From contig JAAPAO010000288.1 in NCBI GenBank assembly GCA_013115145.1, forward strand, positions 1 through 42,536: DNA of 42,536 nucleotides, given 5' to 3'. This DNA comes from Perkinsus chesapeaki ATCC PRA-425. Taxonomy: Eukaryota; Protista; Perkinsozoa. Shown here piece by piece: positions 24,623-35,104 of the stretch. A program made the translations under genes and the position numbers. Positions within the stretch are counted from its first letter, which is position 1. Each line of letters starts with the position of its first letter. Below the pieces are notes generated by a model. It did no database searches. It was not told where the DNA came from and saw only the letters and a list, made by a program, of their open reading frames with translations.

Positions 24623-25933
24623 AAGGGGAAGTAAGAGCTAACTAATGAGCGATACAATTACCCTAATCGTACCCCTAATTAAATTAGGGGCTGCCCTACA
24701 AAGCATTCTGCTCCAACTACCGATTTTGCGAATACCGTTTGCGACGCCAACCTGATGTATAGTGGAGTAAACTTGACGAGCTCTGTGTGCTGCATACAGT
24801 GTGCATGAACACAGGAAATTTATGGGTGAAAATTCTCACTCTTCCACTTATCCCGACGACGCGCATACCATTCGATTTGTCTATTAGTTCGACTCCAATT
24901 ACCGGAATGATTTCCTGTCACGATGATATTTCTGTCGCCGTGACAGGAAGCGATGCACGGAAATCGAAGAAACTCATTTTGCTAATGACACTCATTACGC
25001 AGGGAACGGCCATGGTCAATACACCCCATACTCGGAGTTAATGCTGCCTGGAGAGTACATCCTACGGTAGGATTCCTACTTGAAATATCAACTCCTCGAC
25101 CGGTCTCGGAGCTACGCGGAATTGAGGCTCAATTAGCAAATTGAGCAAAGCTAACGGAATTGAGCAAAGAAGCCCGGGTCAGCCATGGGATATGGATGAC
25201 TCATAACGGAATCCATTATGTCCATGAGGTCGATTCATTAAATGGATCAACGAGGAGTCTACGTGCTGTCACAGCTGGAGGGATGCGACAGAATAATATT
25301 CCGAGAATATGGAAACAAGAAGAACAAGATAATTTGTCGAAGGCCCGAAATTCGACGGGAAACCAGAAAGAGTAACCCGTGTACCGTGCACGGGTGCCAC
25401 AGCCGTACTGCGGCTACTACCGGTAGCCGTATGTTCACTGTATGGACTGTGATAGTGACCTCAAGTGATTCCTGGTATTCTGAGTTGCATTGCTAGAATA
25501 ACAATTGACTATGCTATTATAGCAAAGCCAATTTGACGAGTAATGACACAAGCCTGTGATCCGTTGCTGATGAATAAGACCAAGTGACATACTGTATCGC
25601 AGTACGATTAGCAAAAAAGAGCTTCTCCGATTTCGTGCATCGCTTTTTGTCACGGCGACAGGAATGTCATCGTGACAGCAAATCAATCACGTAATCGGAC
25701 AAACCAAATGGTATGCGTATCGTCTGGAATCCGGACTCGAGCTGAGTGGGAGAGTGAGAGTTCTTTCTTCCGCAAGTAGTCTGTGTTCATGCACACAGCG
25801 CTCGACAAGATACTTGACTCAAGTATACTCCACTATACACATTCGCAAAAGAGGCAGTGGAGACGCTTCAAGCGTCACGCTTGTAGGGCAGTCTCTAACT
25901 GTATCGCTCATTAGTTACCTCTTACTCCCCCTT

Positions 25934-27073
25934 ATGTGGATTAACGTACTTTTCCCTTTCATCACTGGGATCTCGGTTGCAGTGGGTGACCGTAAAGTCT
26001 TGAGGCAAGGAGCAGTGCGCATTTACGACCTGAGCGTTGCCAAGACGTCCCCCCCAAGGGTCTATCTTTATACCACCACATGGCTGGGCGGTCAGCGCCA
26101 GATGAATACTATAGATACTTGTTCTCCATATTATATCAATTTAAAAAGAACAACTTTCGAACAGATTGCTGGCTTCTGTGCTTGTCAAGGACTCTTCAAG
26201 TGCTACGATTGCCCTGAGCCTTGCCAGTCCATTGATCATCCCATCTCCGCCAATTTCCCAGATCGCAGGTCAGTCTCGATATTCAGACGTTCGGCTGAGT
26301 TGAAGTTTGGTGGCGCCAAGTTCCGCGATATAATATTCGGACTGATTTATGGATTCGGAGAGGGTGCCATAGTTGACCCTCCCGTGGTACTCGGCCTGGC
26401 TCCGACGAATGGCGAAGACGAATGGTATCCTTCTATCATGAAGCAGCTTACTACCAGCCCTTCTACTCCAGTAAAAGAGAATGTCTTTGCTTTATACCTT
26501 AGACCGGCACGCTCAGCTCTTAAACAAGTCGCGGAGTTATTGCTCGGAGGTGGTGACGCGTCTCTCTACAAGGAGCCGCTGCAATTTGTCCCGGTGCTTC
26601 GTAGAACCCGAGAGGAGAAAGCTTCGTGGAGTGTGATGCTGAAGGCTGTACAGATCGGGGTTGAATCCAAAATTGATGTTAATGGTGCTGTGGTATTGGA
26701 TACTGGTTCCGATTACATAAGCGTCTCACGATATAAGATTTTTAAGCTTTTCCGCAGTATTGAGCACGAAGCTTCCAAGGCCGCTGGGAAGGAAGTGTCG
26801 ATCTCATATAATGCACTTAGAAAGGCGTATCAAGTTGACTGCCAATATCGCGAGCATATGCCAACACTTCACTTCATGCTGGCCGGTCAAAGTAAGGACG
26901 TTCCGCTCAGTATCTCTTTTGAGAGCTACGTTAGCGAAGATGTCCCTAGAGAATTTTGTTCTGTTCTGGTGAGAAACATTTACTTTGGAAGTTGGAGATT
27001 GTCCCATTCTATGCTTGTTGGTAATTATATGGAGTTCCGCAACGCAACTGTCGGTATTGCGAAAGTCAAATAA
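25934..27073 (+). CDS. Pepsin-like (A1) aspartic protease family protein, single exon, likely secreted, 379 aa
   Basis: Paralogue of 23483-24622. Start set at ATG 25934 (MWINVLFPF) by alignment. Motifs IDTCS and VVLDTGS. Confidence 0.88.
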   Translation: MWINVLFPFITGISVAVGDRKVLRQGAVRIYDLSVAKTSPPRVYLYTTTWLGGQRQMNTIDTCSPYYINLKRTTFEQIAGFCACQGLFKCYDCPEPCQSIDHPISANFPDRRSVSIFRRSAELKFGGAKFRDIIFGLIYGFGEGAIVDPPVVLGLAPTNGEDEWYPSIMKQLTTSPSTPVKENVFALYLRPARSALKQVAELLLGGGDASLYKEPLQFVPVLRRTREEKASWSVMLKAVQIGVESKIDVNGAVVLDTGSDYISVSRYKIFKLFRSIEHEASKAAGKEVSISYNALRKAYQVDCQYREHMPTLHFMLAGQSKDVPLSISFESYVSEDVPREFCSVLVRNIYFGSWRLSHSMLVGNYMEFRNATVGIAKVK

Positions 27074-27912
27074 AGTTTCGGATATTCTATATTTTTACTC
27101 TTTTTACACCATGATGATTATGTCCCCCTTTGTTCCTGGGACACTTAACAAAATAACAGCTCAGCAAAAAGAGTATTGAGTAGCTCAAGTGGAGGGCTAA
27201 GAAGCCACGACTCACTGTTCAGCACGAGTTTATATTAGCTAGTCAATTAGTATATACTCCTGCGCATTTTTCCTTCAAGTCGGGCCAGTTGCTGCTGTTG
27301 TGTTCACTGACTCAATTTAAAGCGACTCCAACTTCTCCAGCTTTAAGTTAAAGTTAAAGCCTTTAACTGTTCAGTAAACGGTGTTTGCCGTTCCAGGTTG
27401 TGACAAGTCGAAGATTCGAAGCTTCTACTTTCGTTTAGTTTCTCGAATCGAGAATCTCTATGTTTCCTGGTCTAATCGATCACTTAGGGTCCACACGCTG
27501 TTCGAAGTTCGTAACTATTTAGGGCCCTGGACCCCAGTCTGTAACGAAGTCCTGACCCTCCTTGCAGCATTTCTCGCTCGCCCCGGCGTACGCGAAAAAT
27601 CCGCGGGCATAGTACCAATACCACAAAGGGGTTCTTCGCCTTGAAGCGGAGCGGTGGTGAGCCTCCCATCATAGGAGTCTTTGGGATTAACACTAAGAAC
27701 GTGGGATCTATCAGGGATACATCAACTCGCTCATTTTTGTTTCATCCATTTCATGGATGTTCACGATGCCTGTAATGCAGGTTTCATCTTGGATGATTTT
27801 GCCATTGGAAGAACAGTTCCACCCACTTGTTGTTCATAGTATGGCTTCGTATTTTCCTTCTCGTACATTATGATCCATTCACTTCTAGTTGTTCATTAAA
27901 CACACAATTGCT

Positions 27913-28023
27913 AAGCGTCAACGATGGTCTAGCCTATTAGTGTAATACAAGCGTCAACGATGGTCTAGCCTATTAGTGTAATGCAAGCGTCAACGATGGT
28001 CTAGCCTATTAGTGTAATACAAG
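27913..28023. repeat. Tandem repeat, 3 x 36 bp
   Basis: AAGCGTCAACGATGGTCTAGCCTATTAGTGTAATAC starts at 27913, 27949 and 27985, with one substitution and no spacers. Confidence 0.95.
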
Positions 28024-28292
28024 TTGTATTTCTGATGTCGCCAATACAGTGGGCCCCACTGAGTGGGCTGCCCTGTAATACAGAGTATGTTGTGCAGTGC
28101 TCTGCGTTGTGATAAAGGTTGTTATACGGCCCAACCAAAGTTCTGTTAATGTACGTAACGTACAGTACGTTATTGACTGGCCATAATTGTCGTATTTAGA
28201 TTTCAGTTGTTCTGACCAACTCAACATCAACATTTCTTATTTTGTTATACACTTTCAATGGTAGTCGTTTTGCTATTTTACTATTGAAGAGA

Positions 28293-31200
28293 CTATGTAG
28301 TAGTTGTTGTTGTTGTTGATCCAAGAAGACAACTGCAGATATATGGTACAAGGAATGTTGATAATCATTACTAACTCGCATGTATTATCACCACATTATC
28401 GAGCGTAATGACAGTAACACTCTCAATAGTATGAATGCAAACAATAAAAAAGCGGCTGCTGCTCAAAGCTACCTGAGTAACCTCTGTGGCGTACTCGATC
28501 GTGGCTTCGGACCTAGAACGAATGCGATATCACAGCCTAGCTCTTCTCCCACCTGTACTGCCCTCCTCGCCGCCACCTTGTCCGGTGTCATTCTGTGTTA
28601 TGGATGCTGCTGCCGTAGACGACCTCATCGTATGCTGGTGGTGATGTGAATGGCCATGCTGTCCGTGTCGATGGCCTCCTCCGGCCGCCGAGTGAGAACC
28701 TCCTCTAGTAGTGGATTGCACTGCGTCAGTGGATTCTAGGACTAGATCTCGGAATGAGCTGTCTACGGATCGCTTAATATCCCCAAAGGTTGCAAGTACA
28801 CAATCGGCGCCATTCTGATAACAACGAACAACAACAAAGTCATCACCACAATGGTTTCATCCAGGTCACCTTGCTCCCAAGCGTAATCGTCTCATGTAGA
28901 GTACCAACATCTGCTTTCGCCAGACCATCTAAGACGTGCTGGAGGTTGTTGGCAACCTACATAGGGTCCTATATATCAACCATTTAATAAGTGCACCATT
29001 TCTGTATTATCTAGGCCGAGAGTCTATACCACTATCAACGACTTTCAGCAGTTCTGTGATATTCCCGGCAAACGCTACTCTCAAAAATTGCTAATTATTC
29101 CTTCCTTCATCTTAAGCTCTGATACGATAGAGCGCGTGCCTTTATTTGTATCGTACATGGTAGCCTGTCAGTGGTACTAGACGATACGAGATATATATTC
29201 AAAATGGACCCTATATAATACACAGAGGTGTATCGGTCATTTATAGACTGTAAAAGGCATTGAACAATATTGTCCGTATGCCCACCATGCTAGCTGGTGG
29301 TGATGTACCCGGTACAACTTGACCGAAGAGATACTCCATAAACATGTTGACCTAAAATAACAGTGTATGATGAGACGGTCACGTGACGACAGGAATCTAC
29401 AAGCTGTCGTTCATCCATCTGCTGTGCATTCATGTTCTTAGCCCACGAGGGTCGTTCCCCTTTCTGTAAGCCAGGCCTGACGAGAGCTCACGAATAGAGT
29501 GGAGCGTCATCATTAGCAGCAGCAGATCCTTACATCCCTCGTCTCGTATCATTAGCAGGTCCAGTGCCTCCACGACCACTGCTGGAACGATCAGCACCAG
29601 ATTCAGGAGGAGAACCAGTGGCAGTATTGGAGTTGGGCTGCGAGTGTGGCAAAGGCTTCGCGTTGCCTTTACCAGCAGCAGCAGCAGAGTTCATTGGGTA
29701 GCAGTACACAATCGTGCCTAGAAAAAGAGCCTTATTCGAATGGTGAATAATAGTGGGAGCTGACTCTACATAGTTTAATGAGCAGCTTAAGCATCCTAGA
29801 GTTGTCAACCTCTAACTTGAACTCATTCAACAACATATCAGTCGTGAATAGGGAACTCTCAAACTGATAAAGAATGAAACGTAACCACCATCATCAACAA
29901 CAACAACCTGTCCTTTCCTCAACAATATGTGTTGTGGGATGTCCCCTCGAACATACGAACAACATACTATTTTGGGTTATCGAGCTAATGACCCTTATGT
30001 GAGGAGCTTCACTCATCGCTCGATTGACTCATGATGCATAATGTCGTATAACAATAATAAGCATCATCGACTCGTCTAGCCTAACCTAATTTTGCTCCGC
30101 TGAGATCTAAAAGTGCTCCCTATGCTGAGATATATTAAAACATTTCGCCAGCAGACCAATATGAAGCACAAGACCCACTCTGCTGTCTTACATCTGATAT
30201 ACTCCCACGACACTCGGATATTAAGACTATTCTATATCCCCGCCAAAAAGTAATACTTAACATCAGTTATACACCCGAAATTCAACCGAGACTAACCACA
30301 AGAAATTCAACGCAACGGCAGATGAGCCACCGCTTCCGGATTGCCGCTCGGCGACTTTCCTCTCTACAGGGATTCATTGTCTCTCAATCGAACTAGGTGG
30401 TAGACGCCTTCTCAGATAACAATGCTGCTGCTCTTACCTTGTTAACAATATGATTACAATATCGGAAGGCCAACTGCTCTGACGTGGGATAGCTGGATAT
30501 ATCCTTCACTTGAGTTAGCAGTATTTGCGCAAGTGATTTAATGTCATCTGAATAGCTCGGATTCGCCATAAAGCTAGCAGTGTTGGAGACATCCATCTCC
30601 TCTGGTATCTTCAAAGCATTGTCACTGCGCCCTAAAATTCCATCAGTCCCTCAGCCAACACCCCCTCAGCCGCCTACCAGTTGCCATAGATAGTATTAGC
30701 CTTCCCAGACAGATAAGATCTTTCTGTTGCTGATGTGCAATCGATGACTGTTGCTGTTGTTGAGTCGTCGTAGTCGTCGTCGATGGTCCCCCAGTCCCCC
30801 TCGGCGGGCCTGCCCAGGTCGTCGGTGGGGCACTTTGACCCGCTCTAGAAGGCGGCTGATAAAAATGACGATAACAAATTTGAAGGGAGCAAAGATACTT
30901 ACCGATTCTTGAGCAAGTGCATCTAAGAGACCAACACAATTGAGGTACACTCGAGGAGGGTAGAGAAAGGCCGTATCGGTTACTAGAATCTACATAAGAG
31001 CGATGGGCAAGGAGGAGGAGGCGAAGAAGTTGATGGCCTCACCTTAGTTGGATGGATGACTTTTGCTGAGAGTCCATGGCTGTGGATGTACTTCAAACAC
31101 ATTATCAGCTGACTCAATACATCCTAACAAATTCGAGTCATTCTTGGTGTAACGGTAAAATCCTCGACTCTGAACCCCAAGGCCCCTGGCTCGATCCCGC

Positions 31201-34200
31201 CTACCCATATAATATGTTCCGGTATTCCTCCAGTGCCATTTTGTTTAAGCGTCGGAGAGTCTATAAACACCGACTGAAGTGTCGCCACCGACGGTATATA
31301 ATCATATACATACACCTAACAGAAACTCAACCTCCACCTTAACCGCCGCCGATCAGCCCAACTACCAGTGAGCCTCCATCTTGACTAGGATTCTCCGCCT
31401 CGATAAAATCCCTCGTCCCAAATGCTTGCCGTAACGGTACAATACATGGGTGATGCTAAAACACATCCTGCCATCAACAAGAACAGCGCTACTAAAATGC
31501 AGTACTATCGTGCTCCAAGTTCTAACCGCCTCAGTGACAAGATCAAAGTTATTTAAACTGAAGCCATCAACTCGACATAGACAGTAGACGTATGAATCCT
31601 AAACGGAGACGGCCATCACCTTCCAATAAATAATAATAACTCCTACCGCAACCGACAAAGCTTTGTAAAACGATGTCTTGTACTGATAACCAAAATACGA
31701 CCCATTCCCGCTCTTAGCACTGCTGCCATCCATCCCACTTGTGACCGCGTCACGAGTACTGCTTCCTCCTTCCGGGAGCGATAATAATGTATGATACTTA
31801 TTCTGGACAAACTCGGGAACTATACATCACGTGGTGACACGCTACAATTCCCCGTCACCACTACCAGCAGGCATGTTTGAATCCACAGGATAGTCTCTGT
31901 TAGAAAGCACAGTGTTAACTCTATGCATCTGCAGTTCTTTCCGAATAGTCTAACAAAAATGGCAAACATGAATCACTTCGCTCCGCCCGACACTACTGCC
32001 TACTGGATCGGCACTCAATGACGTGGCATGAGGTGGCGGCCTTTCCAGCATGTATGGTTGCAGTGGTGCTGGCTTATCAACTGGGGGAGTCGGTGAGCGA
32101 GGCATCCTCGAGTGACCTCCTCTAGAATGCCCTCTATTCACTGCTGATGATGGCAATACAAATGGAGGGGCACCAGAAGAGTTGGATGGGGGAGGAGCAC
32201 GATTCGGGGAGCTAAAATGAAACATCGTGTACTATTATTCAACCTCATGTGTATCATGCACGCTTCAACCCAAGATACTAGTACCACTTCATCCCCAAAA
32301 CCCAGCGTGTCCGGCAACAAAACTTCTCTCCTCAATGCCTATCTTCCGAGATACGTAAATTTCCGATACATGGTGCGCCCAGAAAAGACGGGACATGTTA
32401 TATCCAAATCAACTACAACGTTCCATCTTCTAAGATGAGCTATTAACTCTCTATGATACCTCCACTACTCGTCATACTTGAGACAATTTCTTAAATATCG
32501 ACCATCGCGCAATAAATACAATTCCCTTTCCACAACTTGCCAATTTATATGTGATGATAGGTGCTCCATGATGAAGACCTGCATATTTCCTTTGAATATG
32601 CCGCGGTCTCAGGGAGGCCTTCAGAAGAGCTATACACTAAACCCCCTTTATACCATGTTTATATATACGGTCTGGTGGCAAACAGGGGCCAGCATTAACG
32701 TTAAGAATACGTAATAAGCACTATACGAATAACATCTATAAATCTCTACCATGACTTATAGATTACCATAATGCTGCTCCAAAGTACCCCTTTATCACCT
32801 TCCCATAACAGTTGCTGTAGCCTGCTGCTGCTGTTTCTGCTGTGCTGCCTTCTGTGGTGATTCTATGCCATCCCCTGCCCCTGTTGGTGGTGTAGCATCC
32901 CCTGTCACCACTCCACCATGTGCACTACCACCACTGCCACCTCCAATAGCAACAGATCCGCTACCAGCTGGATTGGACCTATTAGACTTCATACAACTAC
33001 TCAAGCTATCACAACCATTAACGAGACCGAGACTGAGCTACTGAGATGCTTTACATTTAACATATTTCCTATTATATCACCTCCGTACTAGTAACATATT
33101 TCCTATTATATCACCTCCGTACTAGTAACATATTTCCTATTATATCACCTTCGTACNNNNNNNNNNNNNNNNNNNNNNNNNNNNNNNNNNNNNNNNNNNN
33201 NNNNNNNNNNNNNNNNNNNNNNNNNNNNNNNNNNNNNNNNNNNNNNNNNNNNNNNTCACCTCCGTACTAGTAACATATTTCCTATTATATCACCTCCGTA
33301 CTAGTAACATATTTCCTATTATATCACCTTCGTACTAGTAACATATTTCCTATTATATTTCGTATAAGTTACATCTTTTCATCCCTTATTACTTTATACT
33401 TGCCTTTGGTACTGCTGGTGGTGGTCCAGGCGGTGGTGGGGGTGGGGGTGGCATGCCGGGCGGTGGGCCCCATACTGATGAAGGTAGGCCACTGGTGCTA
33501 GGTGGAGGTGGAGGGGGAGGAGGAGGTGGTCCCCAACATGGGCTCCTTTGCTTAGCTGATGATGGTGGTGGACCTGACAGTGACCATCTCCTAACAGTCT
33601 AGTAAGCATGTCATTTCCAACACGCCAACCTAATTTGCATTTGCTGCGGATGTCGAATTAAGGCTGGTCAGCATTTCGTGGATTTTTTAATCGCACTTGA
33701 GGTAAAGTTGCGTTGGTATATTGCCATGGGATATTAAAGCATATTGGGTAAATGGCAGCGGTATATGCAGCAGGGTAGAATTGAATTATAAACTGCTTCA
33801 TAAGTCTGTGAACCTTTTTATNNNNNNNNNNNNNNNNNNNNNNNNNNNNNNNNNNNNNNNNNNNNNNNNNNNNNNNNNNNNNNNNNNNNNNNNNNNNNNN
33901 NNNNNNNNNNNNNNNNNNNATATATTATATACCTCTTTATGTACATTACCCTAACCCTATATATATTATATACCTCTTTATGTACATTACCCTAACCCTA
34001 TATATATTATATACCTCTTTATGTACATTACCCTTACCCCATATATATTATATACCTCTTTATGTACATTACCCTAACCCTATATATATTATATACCTCT
34101 TTACGTACATTACCCTTACCCTATATATATTATATACCCCCCATTTCCCCACTCACTCGGATGCCCTATACTGCCTTTATCTCCAACAGCACTACTACTT

Positions 34201-34765
34201 GGTGGTAACCTAATAACACCTTATCCTTTCCTATATAAACTGCCTTACTCTGGGAATGCTGAACGAGACAACGGTGATAGGTTCCTTCTAGCAGCACCAT
34301 ACGTGGGTGGTGACGCTGAATGGCCACTAGAAGACTGAACAAAATACTATACTTAATAATCCACAATGATCTTCTTACGTTAGTGTGTTTCACTAGAGCT
34401 GTTTTGGCTCTATTGACCGCCGAACCACTACTGCTACTGGCCCCTACAAAAAGATATTTTTGAGGTCAACTCGAGTGCCAGTACCACTGCTTTTCCTTCG
34501 CCTGGCTGCACCGGGTGGCGACACTCCTGTTGCTTTGGCTGGTGGGTTGCCGTTTGCACGATTGGAGGCAGCGAGCGAACGATTAGGGGAATGGTGAGCG
34601 TACGTACACGATTCACCGAATTCACTGAAATAGATATCCAAGGTCGAAGCGTGCAAGATACAAAATAGGTTGGATTGCAAAGCGGTAGTACCATTTTCCC
34701 AGATAAGTCCAGTTCCGGCAAGGTGGCGCTGCCCCTGTATTATCGTTATTTTCCCGTCGACTCAT
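28293..34765 (-). CDS. PAN3: PAN2-PAN3 deadenylase subunit PAN3, multi-exon (stop may be 28469 instead)
   Basis: MSRREN...PCRNWTYLGKC|EFGESCTYAH (CCCH finger). Pseudokinase motifs HPCIVPLRQAF, VYVYDYIP...IPEHIIW|DVLSQLIMCLKYIHSHGLSAKVIHPTK, YLNCVGLLD and QQKDLICLGRLIL. C-terminal knob LEVDNSRMLKLLIKL, MFMEYLFGQV, LATFGDIKRSVDSSFRDL. Confidence 0.9.
31138..31210 (+). pseudogene. Decayed tRNA-Gln(CTG)-like sequence, antisense within an 81-nt PAN3 intron
   Basis: TGGTGTAACGGT A-box, GA-CT-CTG-AA anticodon loop and GGCTCGATCCC B-box in canonical order and spacing; the stems no longer pair. Confidence 0.7.
33058..33358. repeat. 34-bp minisatellite in a PAN3 intron, spanning an N gap (33157-33255)
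   Basis: Unit ACATATTTCCTATTATATCACCTCCGTACTAGTA appears on both sides of the gap. Confidence 0.93.
33920..34138. repeat. 41-bp minisatellite in a PAN3 intron, abutting an N gap (33822-33919)
   Basis: Unit TATATATTATATACCTCTTTATGTACATTACCCTAACCCTA; ACCTC recurs at 33931, 33972, 34013, 34054 and 34095. Confidence 0.93.
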
Positions 34766-35104
34766 AATAATAATTTACCCTCCTAAAATGGACGAACTTC
34801 ATATTACTCTATTTGAATATTTATTACTAGTTATATTGATAACAGGCTACAGCTGCCTTTAGAAAGATTAAAAACCGGCACAAATAAAGCTGATAATAAT
34901 TTATCATTACTGTTAACACAACAACGATGCCGGCAGGTTAACCTATTTTGCATCTTTCGATATACATGACCAGCGGAGCGCCATTGCATCGCTCCGCTAA
35001 GATAATGTGTCATGTTTACCATTTTTCGTAAATTCAATTTCCTTTTCTCCTTGTATTGCGTTAAGTGTTGTTACTATACATTTTAAGGTGTTATTTGCCT
35101 TGAT
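34766..35104. promoter_or_regulatory. Putative bidirectional promoter between PAN3 and SAS-6
   Basis: 339 bp lie between the divergent inferred start codons; contains a 9-bp perfect inverted repeat at 34972-34998. Confidence 0.55.

Larger units (their letters stand above)
23079..27486. repeat. Inverted segmental duplication: arms ~23079-24986 and ~25607-27486, spacer ~620 bp
   Basis: The reverse complement of the left arm aligns with the right arm across promoter, CDS and ~400 bp of 3' flank. Confidence 0.92.

Noticed and set aside
25754-25933. N-terminal extension of the 439-aa ORF
   Set aside because: It relies on a GTG start; the paralogue and the signal-like peptide begin at ATG 25934.
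27484-27900. Minus-strand gene fragment
   Set aside because: Some splice-like sites are present, but there are in-frame stops and no family motif.
27913-28023. CRISPR array (36-bp repeats)
   Set aside because: Units are directly adjacent with no spacers, there are no cas genes, and the context is eukaryotic.
29470-29510. Hammerhead ribozyme (CTGACGAG)
   Set aside because: No loop-closed stem II and no following GAAA.
33950-34130. Interstitial telomere repeat (CCCTAACCCT)
   Set aside because: Under two copies per 41-bp unit; it is part of a minisatellite, not a telomeric array.
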